A stretch of 64,000 bases of DNA from Gemmatimonadales bacterium (GCA_039794085.1 JBDIWC010000014.1:1-64000), one strand, 5' to 3'. Shown: positions 10,159 through 21,299, counted from the first letter of the stretch. The notes: generated by a model not told the origin, from the letters alone. Program-made: numbers and translations.

Positions 10159-10587
10159 TCAGTCTGCGGCAGCGGCCTTGTTGAGTGCCTCGAAGATCAC
10201 ATCCTTCCGGGTGTCCGCGACGCTGAACCAGACCTGCTCACCCTTCTTGAAGAGGATGAAGGTGGACTGCCGCGGAGCCTTGAACCGCTTCACCAGGTCC
10301 TTCTGGGAGTCGAAGTCCACCACGAGCGTGTGGAGCGGAACATCGGGGTGGGCCTCCCGGTACGCCGAGAGGATCTTCTGTTGCTGGGCGCAGACCGGGC
10401 ACCAGGTGGCGTAGATCTCCACTAGGACCAGAGCCCCTTCCTTCTGCAGTGCCTCGAACCGGGCATCGGTGAAGGGGGCCTTGGTGTGCTTGCCCGGCAT
10501 GGCATGGTCCTGGGCCGCGAGCGTCCCGGTGCTCAGGACCAGAGCCGTGGCAAGTGAACCGATGAAGGCAATTGTGCGCGTGTGCAT
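10159..10587 (-). CDS. Exported thioredoxin family protein
   Basis: Signal peptide; YATWCPVC active site. Confidence 0.85.
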   Translation of the reverse strand: MHTRTIAFIGSLATALVLSTGTLAAQDHAMPGKHTKAPFTDARFEALQKEGALVLVEIYATWCPVCAQQQKILSAYREAHPDVPLHTLVVDFDSQKDLVKRFKAPRQSTFILFKKGEQVWFSVADTRKDVIFEALNKAAAAD

Positions 10588-10704
10588 GAGGTATCCCTTG
10601 TGGTGTTTCAGAGTGAAACCATCTCAGCCCGTTTTTCTCAGGCGAATGAAAGCGTACAGTGAAACGCCGCGAACATCCGCCTGGTTTTCCCGAGGAGCGG
10701 TTGG

Positions 10705-10822
10705 TACCAATACCCAAGACCCAAGACCCAGGACCCAGGGTGTCGGGCGCTGGGTATTGAGTGTTGGGGACTGGGGGGCCCAATACCCAATACCCAGAAC
10801 CCAGAACCCGGGGTTGTTGGGG
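10705..10822. repeat. Heptamer-built inverted repeat cluster
   Basis: CCCAAGA/CCCAATA/CCCAGAA arrays facing TGGGTAT/TGGGGAC arrays around GGGCCC. Confidence 0.7.
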
Positions 10823-10840
10823 GATGGGCTACATTCCGGC

Positions 10841-11857
10841 ATGCACGAATCTGACCTCATTGTCGGTGCCGGGCCGATTGGCCTGGCCTGCGCCATCTCC
10901 GCCCGCCGCCGGGGCCTCGATCCCCTGATCATCGACGCCGGGGCGATCGCGGATGCGATTGTCCGGTATCCCGTCGGGATGACCTTCTTCACCACGCCGG
11001 AGCGCCTCGAGATCGGCGGTCACCCCCTGGTGTGCGGGGGAGCCAAACCCACGCGGGAGGAGGCGCTGATGTACTATCGTGGGGTGGCCCGCGCCGAGCA
11101 GCTCCGGGTATGGACCTATGCGCGCCTGGTGGATGTGACGGACGAGAGGAGTGTCCTCGTGGCACGGGTGAGGACTCGACTCGGCGACAAGGAGATTCGG
11201 TGCTCGCGGTTGGTGCTCGCCACCGGATACTTCGATCACCCGAATCTCCTCGGGGTTCCGGGCGAGGACCTGCCTCACGTCTCCCATTACAGCGTGGAGC
11301 CTCACGTGCTGGCCGGCCTGCGCGTCACCATCATCGGAGGGAAGAACTCAGCGGTGGAACTCGCGCTCTCCGCCTACCGGGCGGGAGCCGACGTGACACT
11401 CGTATACCGGGGCCACGCGCTCAAGCCGTCGGTCAAGTACTGGCTCCGGCCCGACCTGGACAATCGCATCGCCGCCGGGGAGATCCGAGCCCATTTCGGC
11501 GCGACCGTCTCCGCCATCACCGCCGAGGCGGTGGAGATCATCCGGGCCAGCGGGGACCCGGAAACCATCCCGGCCGATCGGGTCTGTGCCTTGACAGGGT
11601 ATCACCCCGATTTCGACCTGTTCCGGCGGATCGGCCTCACCCTGGATGGCGAGGGACGTCCGGCCCACGATCCCGCCACCCTCGAGACCACCGTGCCCGG
11701 GGTGTACCTTGCCGGGAGCGTCACCGCGGGCCGGGCGATCAGCGAGATCTTCATCGAGAACGGGCGCTACGACGGTGAGAAGATCTTCGGAGACCGGGTG
11801 AGCCGGTCTCGCGCGGAGGAGGCCTACGCGGAGAGCCCACGCCCAGTAGGGGAATGA
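10841..11857 (+). CDS. YpdA-family FAD-dependent disulfide reductase (bacillithiol disulfide reductase-like)
   Basis: IVGAGPIG, YP.GMTFF, KPTREEALMYY, GGKNSA, FIENGR motifs. Confidence 0.85.
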   Translation: MHESDLIVGAGPIGLACAISARRRGLDPLIIDAGAIADAIVRYPVGMTFFTTPERLEIGGHPLVCGGAKPTREEALMYYRGVARAEQLRVWTYARLVDVTDERSVLVARVRTRLGDKEIRCSRLVLATGYFDHPNLLGVPGEDLPHVSHYSVEPHVLAGLRVTIIGGKNSAVELALSAYRAGADVTLVYRGHALKPSVKYWLRPDLDNRIAAGEIRAHFGATVSAITAEAVEIIRASGDPETIPADRVCALTGYHPDFDLFRRIGLTLDGEGRPAHDPATLETTVPGVYLAGSVTAGRAISEIFIENGRYDGEKIFGDRVSRSRAEEAYAESPRPVGE

Positions 11858-11910
11858 CAATCCAGGCGATAGGCGGTAGGCGGTAGGGGCCGTCCGGGAA
11901 TGGCCCGTTC

Positions 11911-12114
11911 CTATTCGCTCACTACAAAGGACAGCTTCGCGTTCACCCGGTACTGCACCACCTTGTTCCCCTCCACCTCGGCGCTGAAGTTGTCCACCCA
12001 CACCGACGTGATTCCCTTGATGGTGCGGCTCGCCTCCTTGACGGCGTTCTTCACTGCGTCATCGAATCCCTTTTCGGACTGTGCGATGACTTCGATCACC
12101 TTGACGACGCTCAT
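11911..12114 (-). CDS. Dodecin family flavin-binding protein
   Basis: VVKVIEVIAQSEKGFDDAV...YRVNAKLSF; GAGGA RBS. Confidence 0.9.
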   Translation of the reverse strand: MSVVKVIEVIAQSEKGFDDAVKNAVKEASRTIKGITSVWVDNFSAEVEGNKVVQYRVNAKLSFVVSE

Positions 12115-12290
12115 GGGGTCCTCCTCTGCTGGGGCGAAGGGTCAGGGCGCCCGCCATGCGGGGGCCACTCTGACATGGTAACCCGAAACGGGGAAAGCGC
12201 CATGCCCCGGCACCACGAGGTGGTCCCCTTCCCCACGGTCCCATGCCGGAGGACATTCCGGACAGATGCTTCCTCGCCCGGGGCCGCCTG

Positions 12291-12899
12291 TCAGAACTGC
12301 ACTCCGACACTCAAGGGGAAGAACGCAGATCCCCGAACGCCACTCACGCTCTGTGCATAGCGCACTTCGTTCCGGAGCGTCAGACCAAGGGCCCGATACG
12401 CGATGCCGATCCCGCCGCTGACCCCCAGGCCCAGGGCGGTCCGGGTGAAGCCCGTCGCCTGGACGGAGGAGTCCCGATGGAGCCGCGACATCATCGGCCC
12501 TCCGCCCAGAAGAAGGTACGGGGATCCCCGACCGGACCTGGACGTGTGCACCACCCCCATCGCGAAGAGGCCAACGGATTGGTCGTTTGTCGCGGTGGGC
12601 AAGGTTTCACCATTCACCACCGCGAAGGTCCCGTCATTGGACGTGAGCCTGTTGTAGAACCCCTCGATGCGCAACCCCGCCGCTCCCGCGACACGCCGCT
12701 CGAAGCTGCCGCGCACATGCAGCCCCGCCTGATCGGCACCCGTCATCCTGGAATCCCGGTTGGCTACAGCCACCAGACTCTGGTTTCCGCCGGGAACGCT
12801 GTACCCGAAATCGACAGCCCAAGTGCCCGATTGACCCTCCAGAATTGCACCGGGGAACACCACCACGAAGACTGCACTCAACAATGCCCGGAGATTCAC
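12291..12899 (-). CDS. Outer-membrane beta-barrel protein
   Basis: Signal peptide, SPYLLLGGG motif, C-terminal PLSVGVQF; GGAGG RBS before GTG. Confidence 0.7.
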   Translation of the reverse strand: MNLRALLSAVFVVVFPGAILEGQSGTWAVDFGYSVPGGNQSLVAVANRDSRMTGADQAGLHVRGSFERRVAGAAGLRIEGFYNRLTSNDGTFAVVNGETLPTATNDQSVGLFAMGVVHTSRSGRGSPYLLLGGGPMMSRLHRDSSVQATGFTRTALGLGVSGGIGIAYRALGLTLRNEVRYAQSVSGVRGSAFFPLSVGVQF

Positions 12900-13185
12900 G
12901 CCGCCTCCATGTGTAATGATGACGTGTGGGGTGAATTGTGGTTGGACTATACCAAGGTACCCCCCCGATCATGGGTGCGCCAGATCCCGGCCGGGACGGT
13001 CGGACCAGGTTCCCGGGAGCCGGGGGCAAGGCCCCCCTGATCAGCCGACGAGGAAACCAGTGCCCCTCATTCCCACGCACGCGGGAATCCGTTTGTAGGG
13101 GCCGTTCGCGATCCGCCCCGACATCGTTCACCTCCCAACACTCTGCACGCCACGCTGGAGCGTGGCGATCCCAGGCGGATCCTCC

Positions 13186-15023
<1,838 letters not shown>

Positions 15024-15052
15024 GATCAGTATTCCTCCAGATCGGGACCAAC

Positions 15053-15131
15053 GTAAGGCATAGGACGTAGGACTTAGGACTTAGGACGTAGGACGTAGGA
15101 CTTAGGACGTAGGACATAGGACATAGGACGT
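15053..15131 (+). repeat. Heptamer tandem repeat (TAGGACN)n
   Basis: taggacg/taggact/taggaca, about 10 units. Confidence 0.9.
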
Positions 15132-15184
15132 CCCGCGAGTCGCAGGAGTGACTCCCGAGCGCGTGATCGGTGCACCCGAAGAGA

Positions 15185-15210
15185 TGGATTCCGGCTTTCG
15201 CCGGAATGAC
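15185..15210 (-). repeat. REP-like palindrome
   Basis: Minus strand GTCATTCCGGCGAAAGCCGGAATCCA. Confidence 0.7.
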
Positions 15211-15245
15211 GGCCCTTGCGGATTCCGATACCAAGCACCTCATTC

Positions 15246-15385
15246 CCTACCGCCTACCGCCTACCGCCTACCCGCCCCAACACCCAACACCTCCACCGAC
15301 CCCACCAGGTATTGGGTTCCGGGTAGTGGGTATTGGGCCCAGCCCCGCAGTTCCCAGCACCCAACACCCAGTCCCCAACACCCTT
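15246..15385. repeat. Heptamer arrays (CCTACCG)n and TGGGTAT/CCCAACA hairpin cluster
   Basis: ctaccgcctaccgcctaccgcctacc followed by an inverted relative of the 10740-10820 cluster. Confidence 0.75.
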
Positions 15386-15390
15386 CCCTC

Positions 15391-15756
15391 TCAGTTCAGG
15401 ACCCACACCGACCACCGCGGATAGGACGCGAACACCAGCGACACGATCGTCGCCCCCCAGAGCAGCCGTTTCCGTCTCCGGATCACGGCGGGCACGGCAC
15501 AGGCGCGATCCGGGTCGCAGGCGCGGGCCTCCTGCCGGTCGATCTGGTGGAATCCCCACCCCAGAGCGACGGCCGTCACCCCCAGGAAATACGGGCGCAG
15601 CGGCTCGAAGGTGGTGGCGAGTCCCGCTCCGCTCACACCGAGTGTCACCGCGAGGAGGGGGCCGGCACAGCAGAGCGCGGAGGCGAACGCCGCCAGGACG
15701 CCGCCCGCCAGGGTCATTCCGGTGCGGGTGCCTTCACTCTTCATGAACGCCTTCAT
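15391..15756 (-). CDS. merT: Mercuric transport protein (MerT-like)
   Basis: ASALCCAGPL, FEPLRPYF, cytoplasmic CDPDRAC pair, three TM helices. Confidence 0.9.
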   Translation of the reverse strand: MKAFMKSEGTRTGMTLAGGVLAAFASALCCAGPLLAVTLGVSGAGLATTFEPLRPYFLGVTAVALGWGFHQIDRQEARACDPDRACAVPAVIRRRKRLLWGATIVSLVFASYPRWSVWVLN

Positions 15757-15759
15757 CCT

Positions 15760-16176
15760 TCATGGTGTTCCATCCTCATGTTGTTCCAGTGCCTCCAGGA
15801 TCGGGCACTCCCCCGTGAGTTCCTGATTCCGGCACGATTCGGCCATCCCTTCCAGCGTCTTCCGGAGCCGGGTGAGATCCCGGATCCTCCGCGTCACCAG
15901 ACCGATCTTCTCCTCCACCCGCTGCTCCACCCGGGCGCAGGCGTCCTTCGAATGGAGCCGGAGATCCAGCAGCTCGCCGATCTCGCGGAGGGTGAACCCC
16001 AGCTCCTTGGCATGCCGGATGAAGTTCAGCCGGGCGATCGTGGCCTCGGTGTACCGCCGGTATCCCGACGGGGTTCGGCCTTCCGGAGGACAGAGCCCCC
16101 GGCGTTCGTAGTACCGGACGGTCTGGACCGGCACGCCGACGGTCCTGGCCACCTCGCCAATCCGCAGATCGGTCAT
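15760..16176 (-). CDS. merR: Hg(II)-responsive MerR regulator
   Basis: MTDLRIGEVAR...TVRYYERRGL, GYRRY; Cys triad DAC...CRNQELTGECPI; GGAGG RBS; co-oriented with merTPA. Confidence 0.88.
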   Translation of the reverse strand: MTDLRIGEVARTVGVPVQTVRYYERRGLCPPEGRTPSGYRRYTEATIARLNFIRHAKELGFTLREIGELLDLRLHSKDACARVEQRVEEKIGLVTRRIRDLTRLRKTLEGMAESCRNQELTGECPILEALEQHEDGTP

Positions 16177-16194
16177 TCGGATCCTCCGGAGAAC

Positions 16195-16226
16195 AAGGTA
16201 CACCTTGCACCATGGTACAAGGTCAA
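16195..16226 (-). promoter_or_regulatory. MerR-type promoter/operator of the mer operon
   Basis: TTGACC-20 bp-TACCTT with dyad ACCTTGYACCATGGTRCAAGGT. Confidence 0.8.
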
Positions 16227-16314
16227 GACTTTTCCATGGGGAGACCGGGCTGGTCAGGGGTCCCCGTTGCCAGCCTGATCCGATTTGTGTAAACTTATGT
16301 GTAAGGAGACACAC

Positions 16315-16515
16315 ATGGCAACCAATCTCGCGATCGACCCCAAGCTTCTCGAACGCGCCCTGGAGATCAGCGGTGAGCGCACAAAGAAGGCCGCGGTCAC
16401 GAAAGCGTTGCAGGAGTTCATTGCCCGCCGTGAGCAGAAGCGGATAGTTGAACTCATGGGTAAACTCGAGTGGGACGACTCGTTCCACTACAAGGCCGAG
16501 CGCTCCCGGCCGTGA
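16315..16515 (+). CDS. vapB: VapB-like antitoxin
   Basis: MATNLAIDPKLLERAL...TKKAAVTKALQEFI; AAGGAG RBS; overlaps vapC. Confidence 0.85.
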   Translation: MATNLAIDPKLLERALEISGERTKKAAVTKALQEFIARREQKRIVELMGKLEWDDSFHYKAERSRP

Positions 16516-16937
16516 CACTGTTTGTGGACACGAGCGTGTGGTCGCTCGCTCTGCGCCGAGACGCCTCGGCCTCTGAACCCGAGGTCCACATACTCAAGGA
16601 TGCCCTGCTGGGCGCCGATGTTGTTGTCACGACCGGGCTGGTTCTCCAGGAACTGCTTCAGGGATTCTCCGGACCGAAGTCGCGTGCGCAGATCATCGAG
16701 CGCTTCGCAGCACTTCCGTTGATACAGCCCGATCGGGAAGACCATGTCGCAGCCGCCGAGCTCCGGAACACGTGCCGCAGAGCAGGTGTGCAGGTCGGCA
16801 CCATCGACGCGCTGCTCGCTCAGTTGTGCATCCGGCACGATCTGACGCTCCTGAGTACCGACAACGATTTCGCGCTTGCTGTTCCGCACTGCGCCCTCCG
16901 CGTGTGGGCGCCAAAGGTCAGGCCCCGCCGAGGGTAA
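16512..16937 (+). CDS. vapC: VapC PIN-domain toxin
   Basis: LFVDTSVW, QELLQG, IDALLA, LLSTDNDF PIN motifs. Confidence 0.9.
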   Translation: MTLFVDTSVWSLALRRDASASEPEVHILKDALLGADVVVTTGLVLQELLQGFSGPKSRAQIIERFAALPLIQPDREDHVAAAELRNTCRRAGVQVGTIDALLAQLCIRHDLTLLSTDNDFALAVPHCALRVWAPKVRPRRG

Positions 16938-17014
16938 CGCCCACCCCTGCGTCGCTTGGGGGATCCGGCGGATGGTGCGGGCCGAAGGCCCACCCCCGGG
17001 ATACTAACGCTCCT

Positions 17015-17105
17015 AACGACCTCGCCAATCCGGAAATCGGTCATTCAGATCCCTCCAAGCGACAAGGTACACCCTGCACCATGGTACAGGGTCTAGGCCT
17101 TTCCT
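17015..17105 (-). pseudogene. Duplicated 5' fragment of merR with its operator
   Basis: MTDFRIGEV (ATG 17044) and acaaggtacaccctgcaccatggtacagggtc match 16150-16235. Confidence 0.8.
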
Positions 17106-17139
17106 CCTGGCGCCGAGCGCGGCTCTCCGGAGGCCGGTC

Positions 17140-17171
17140 TTGACTCGACACCATGGTCCAAGGTGTAACGT
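17140..17171 (+). promoter_or_regulatory. MerR-type promoter of the DUF302 operon
   Basis: TTGACT-20 bp-TAACGT containing ACCATGGTCCAAGGT, the same core as the mer operator. Confidence 0.7.
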
Positions 17172-17229
17172 AGCTTAGCGCAGACTCCGCTGTGCGCTCC
17201 ATCATCCCCCGTGCTTCGAGGAAATCGTC

Positions 17230-17679
17230 ATGCGTCTCCCGTTCCTGATGGTCACCGCCCTGTTGAGTACCGCCGCGTCCGCAGGTGCCCAGTCGTCCGA
17301 TCGCGTGGACCACATCTCCGCCCAGAACTTCCAGACCACCGTCAAGCAGCTCGAGGCCGCACTCCAGAGCCGAGCCTTCATGATCGTGTCCCGTGCCGAT
17401 CACCAGAACATGCTCCGGATGGTGGGAGCGAGCACGAAGGGCGCCGTCTCGATCGATTTCGGCAAGCCCGACATGATGAAGACGGTGCTGCCGGCCCATC
17501 CAGCCATCGGACTCGAAATGCCGATGCGGATGTATGTCTTCGAGCGCGCGGACGGAAAGACCGTCGTGAGCTTCCGCCTCCCCTCGTCCCTCTTCGCCGC
17601 CTACGGACCCGATCTCACCATGATGGGTGGGATGATGGACAAGATGTTCCATGAGATCGCCGCCGAGGCCACACGCTGA
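17230..17679 (+). CDS. Exported DUF302-family protein, Met-rich
   Basis: Signal peptide; F..TV..L...L...F.I....DH and IGLEMPMRMYVFE pattern. Confidence 0.8.
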   Translation: MRLPFLMVTALLSTAASAGAQSSDRVDHISAQNFQTTVKQLEAALQSRAFMIVSRADHQNMLRMVGASTKGAVSIDFGKPDMMKTVLPAHPAIGLEMPMRMYVFERADGKTVVSFRLPSSLFAAYGPDLTMMGGMMDKMFHEIAAEATR

Positions 17680-17693
17680 CGGGGGGGATCCCC

Positions 17694-18512
17694 ATGCTGA
17701 TCACCTGGAATGACGTCGCGTTCGTGCTGGCGGGTGCGATCGCGATCACCTGGGGGCTGTGGCGCCGGGCCCGGCCCCCCAATCCCCTCCCCTCACCCGG
17801 GGTTACCTCCGGGGAGGTGGTGCTGACCCTGCTCGCGGCGGTTCCTGCCGCGGTGGGGCCCAACATCCTCGTCGTGGCCCTGACGCCGGGCATGCCAGCC
17901 ATGCCCGTGCTGGTGCGCTGGGCCCTGCTGCCCTCCATCGCTCTGTTGGTCGTGGTCTGGGCCTTGTCACGCCGGGCCGGTTACACCCGGCTCGTCAACC
18001 GGATCGAGACCGGGATCTGGGTCGGCATCGCCGCCACGGCGGCTCTCGACGCCTTCCGCCTCATGAGCTTCTCCCTCGGGTTCCTGCCGGGGAACCTGCC
18101 GCGGATGTTCGGCGTGCTGATTCTCGACCAGATGGCCATGGGTCCCAGCGTGACCTCGGATCTGGTCGGTTCCCTGTACCATGTCTGGGTGAGCGCATGC
18201 TTCGGCCTGGCCTACGCCCTCCTGGTCGGCCGGACCCGCTGGTGGGGCGGGCTCATCTGGGGACTGATCATCGAGGTGGGCATGATGACGACACCGCCGA
18301 TGGTGGTGGCCATGGGAACGGGCTACTTCGGCTTCGCCGCGGGCAGAGGAATCCTGAACGGGGTCTTCCTGGGCAGTCTGGTCCCGCACATCACCTATGG
18401 CATCGCCCTCGGCCTGTTGCTGGAGCGCTATCTCACGCACCGTGGTACCCTGCTTCACTTGGTGCGGGCAGCCCGACACCCTCCTCCGGGGTCACACCTG
18501 AGAGGGAATTGA
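17694..18512 (+). CDS. Multi-pass membrane protein of unknown function
   Basis: 272 aa, about 7 hydrophobic segments, GNLPRMFG and YHVW..C motifs. Confidence 0.75.
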   Translation: MLITWNDVAFVLAGAIAITWGLWRRARPPNPLPSPGVTSGEVVLTLLAAVPAAVGPNILVVALTPGMPAMPVLVRWALLPSIALLVVVWALSRRAGYTRLVNRIETGIWVGIAATAALDAFRLMSFSLGFLPGNLPRMFGVLILDQMAMGPSVTSDLVGSLYHVWVSACFGLAYALLVGRTRWWGGLIWGLIIEVGMMTTPPMVVAMGTGYFGFAAGRGILNGVFLGSLVPHITYGIALGLLLERYLTHRGTLLHLVRAARHPPPGSHLRGN

Positions 18513-18717
18513 GGTACACCCCTCTTGATTCTGACGGTGAATCCAGAAGACATTCAGTAGCGGTTCTTCTACATTGGTCGGGGGGACTCTGAGTTTCCGA
18601 TCCTCGGTTCGACGAACCGGGATGGGCCATTCTCATCACACGCTCTCGATCTGGAGGAGATCCATGAGGAAATCATCGCGAGGCGACGCGGCCCTGGGCT
18701 CTGGACACTGAGCCCGG

Positions 18718-20919
18718 ATGCGACGCCGGGATGCAATACGTTGTGGGTCGGCCTTCTTCCTCGCGTGCCTCGCGCTTCTGTTCGTGCGCCCGGCCTCCGC
18801 CCAAGGGGCTCCGACGCTCGGAGCCGGCCCGGATGCCCGTCCCGAGTTGGCGGCCGGACGGATCACGGACAAGATCCGGCTGGATGGGCGACTCGAGGAG
18901 CAGGCGTGGGGCAAAGCCGATTCCATCACCACGCTGACGCAGACCGAGCCCACCGAGGGCGGCGAGACCACGGGACGCACCGTCGTGAAGGTGCTGGCTG
19001 ACAAGGACCAGATCATCATCGGGATCGTTGCCCACGATCCCGACCCGACCGGCATCGTGGCCTTCGCCACCCGGCGTGACGCGTCTCTGCGGGATGAGGA
19101 CAACGTGCGGATCGTCCTCGATCCCTTCCTGGACGGCCGCTCGGGCGTGGTCTTCTCGGTGAACCCGAATGGGGCCCGGTACGACGCCCTGGTCTCCCCG
19201 GGAGGGGAGAGGGAGAACTCGGATTGGGACGCGGTCTGGGACGCCACGGCGGTGCGCACGGGGCGCGGCTGGTCGGCGGAGATCTGGATCCCCATCCGCA
19301 GCCTGACCTTCCGATCCGACCTCCGGCGCTGGGGCTTCAACGTGGAACGACGGATTCAGCGCCTCCAGGAAACCTCGCGGTGGGCCAGTCCGGAACGCGA
19401 TTACAGCTTCACCCAGACCAGCCGCGCCGGGCTCCTGACGGCGCTCCCGGCGTTCAGCGTCGGGGTCGGGCTCAGCGTACGTCCGTTCGTCGCCGGGGAG
19501 GGCGGCAAGCCGGCCCCCGGCGCGGGCATCGACACGGATCAGAGGGTGGGACTCGATCTCACCCAGCGCCTCGGCGCGAACCTCGAGGCGACCCTCACCG
19601 TCAACACCGACTTCGGCGAGACCGAGACGGATGCCCGGCAGACGGACCTGAGCCGCTTCCCCCTGTTCTTCCCCGAGAAACGGGCCTTTTTCCTCCAGGG
19701 CTCCGACATCTTCGACTTCGGATTGGGGCTGGGCCGTGATGTCATCCCCTTCTTCAGCCGGAGGATCGGCCTGCTGGAGGGGCGGGAGATCCAGCTGGAC
19801 GGCGGGACGAAGCTGACGGGGCGGGTCGGCAATACGAACATCGGCGGGCTCGTCGTGCGGACGGGAGACGAGGAAGGCCTGACACCCGCAAACACCATGG
19901 GGGTCGTGCGGGTCAAGCAGAACCTGCTGGCCGAGTCCTCGGCGGGCTTCATCGCCACCGCCGGCGACCCCCAGGGGCGGGACGGAAGCTGGCTGGCGGG
20001 AACCGACGTCACCTATCAGACCTCCCGCCTCCTGGGCGACAAGAACTTCCTGGTCGGCGTCTGGGGGCTCCTGACGGACCGTGACGGACTCGATGGTGAC
20101 AAGTCCGCCTTCGGCCTCAGGGTCGACTACCCCAACGAGCTGTGGGACGCCTCCGTCACCTTCAAGCATGTGGGGAGCGGCTTCGATCCTTCCCTGGGCT
20201 TCGTCTCGCGCCGGGGCACAAACCGGCTCGACCTGGGTGTGAATTTCAGTCCGCGCCCCGGCTGGGACCTGGTACGCCAGATGTTCTTCGAGTTTCGAGG
20301 CTCCCTGGTGACGAGGGTGGATGGAAGCCTGGAAAGCTGGCAGGTGTTCACGGCGCCGATCAACTGGCGGCTGGAAAGCGGCGACCGGGTGGAGTTCAAC
20401 GTCATTCCCCAGGGTGAAGGTCTTGCCGAGCCGTTTGAGATCTCCGACGGAGTGGTGATTCCGCAGGGGCGCTACGACTTCCTGCGCTACCGGCTCGAGG
20501 CGAGCTCCGCGTCGAAGCGGCGACTCAGCGGGATGATCAGTTGGCGCTTTGGAGACTTCTTCACCGGAACGTTGCACGAGATCGAGATCTCCTCGTCCTG
20601 GACGCCGGTGCCGCTGTTCACGTTCGAACTCTCCAACGAGACCAATGTCGGACGCCTTCCGGAGGGGAACTTCACGAAGAACCTCCTGCAGGGCCGGATT
20701 CGGATGAACTTCTCGTCGGACCTGGAGCTGTCGAGTTTCATCCAGTTCGACAACGACAGCGATGTTCTGGGGACAAACACGCGGCTGCGCTGGACCTTTC
20801 GGCCCGTCGGGGAGTTGTTCGTGGTCTACAACCACGCCGTGCGCGACACGTCGGATAGAGGACTCGCCTTCGAGTCGAACAAGCTGATCGTCAAGACCAG
20901 CTACGAGTTCCGATTCTGA
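18718..20919 (+). CDS. CBM9-like/DUF5916 outer-membrane protein
   Basis: IRLDGRLEEQAW, GWSAEIWIP, TVNTDFGETE, RFPLFFPEKRAFF, C-terminal YEFRF. Confidence 0.85.
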   Translation: MRRRDAIRCGSAFFLACLALLFVRPASAQGAPTLGAGPDARPELAAGRITDKIRLDGRLEEQAWGKADSITTLTQTEPTEGGETTGRTVVKVLADKDQIIIGIVAHDPDPTGIVAFATRRDASLRDEDNVRIVLDPFLDGRSGVVFSVNPNGARYDALVSPGGERENSDWDAVWDATAVRTGRGWSAEIWIPIRSLTFRSDLRRWGFNVERRIQRLQETSRWASPERDYSFTQTSRAGLLTALPAFSVGVGLSVRPFVAGEGGKPAPGAGIDTDQRVGLDLTQRLGANLEATLTVNTDFGETETDARQTDLSRFPLFFPEKRAFFLQGSDIFDFGLGLGRDVIPFFSRRIGLLEGREIQLDGGTKLTGRVGNTNIGGLVVRTGDEEGLTPANTMGVVRVKQNLLAESSAGFIATAGDPQGRDGSWLAGTDVTYQTSRLLGDKNFLVGVWGLLTDRDGLDGDKSAFGLRVDYPNELWDASVTFKHVGSGFDPSLGFVSRRGTNRLDLGVNFSPRPGWDLVRQMFFEFRGSLVTRVDGSLESWQVFTAPINWRLESGDRVEFNVIPQGEGLAEPFEISDGVVIPQGRYDFLRYRLEASSASKRRLSGMISWRFGDFFTGTLHEIEISSSWTPVPLFTFELSNETNVGRLPEGNFTKNLLQGRIRMNFSSDLELSSFIQFDNDSDVLGTNTRLRWTFRPVGELFVVYNHAVRDTSDRGLAFESNKLIVKTSYEFRF

Positions 20920-21033
20920 CGCTTTCTCGTGACGACCCGCCACCGCGGAACGCCTTGGGCCGTCGTCCATGAACCGGACGGGGACGAGCAACTACTTTTC
21001 GTCGTGACCGCTTTCCCCAGGGGTGAGCCATGA
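20920..21033 (+). pseudogene. C-terminal remnant of a DUF4258-like toxin
   Basis: RFLVTTRHRGTPWAVVHEPDGDEQLLFVVTAFP; N-terminal half absent; stop overlaps the DUF2283 start. Confidence 0.55.
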
Positions 21034-21299
21034 GTGCCTTCTCTCTTCAGATCACGTATCGCAACGGCAAGCCCTTTGCCGCCTATATCTACCTGGCGCA
21101 CCGGCCGGCCACGAAAAGCGTTCGCACGGAGCAAGTCGGACCCGAGCTGCTGATCGATTACGCGGCGGATGGTTCTTCCCTCGGGATCGAGGTCGTCTCG
21201 CCTGGGTTCGTGACCGAAGAGGAGATTAACGTCGCCTTCGAACGCCTTGGTCTCGAACCGCCTTCGAGCGACGAACTCGCCCCGCTCCGGGCGGCGTAG
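21030..21299 (+). CDS. DUF2283-like putative antitoxin
   Basis: AAYIYL...SVRTE...LLIDYAADG..LGIEV. Confidence 0.75.
   Translation: MSAFSLQITYRNGKPFAAYIYLAHRPATKSVRTEQVGPELLIDYAADGSSLGIEVVSPGFVTEEEINVAFERLGLEPPSSDELAPLRAA

Noticed and set aside
12120..12290. Riboswitch upstream of dodecin
   Set aside because: No recognisable FMN or other riboswitch consensus
16260..16990. vapBC as an intact integron cassette
   Set aside because: No complementary R''/R' pair or attC palindrome could be identified
18673..20991. Long antisense ORFs (772 aa here; also 40880-43198 and 5385-7421)
   Set aside because: Shadows of well-supported genes on the opposite strand
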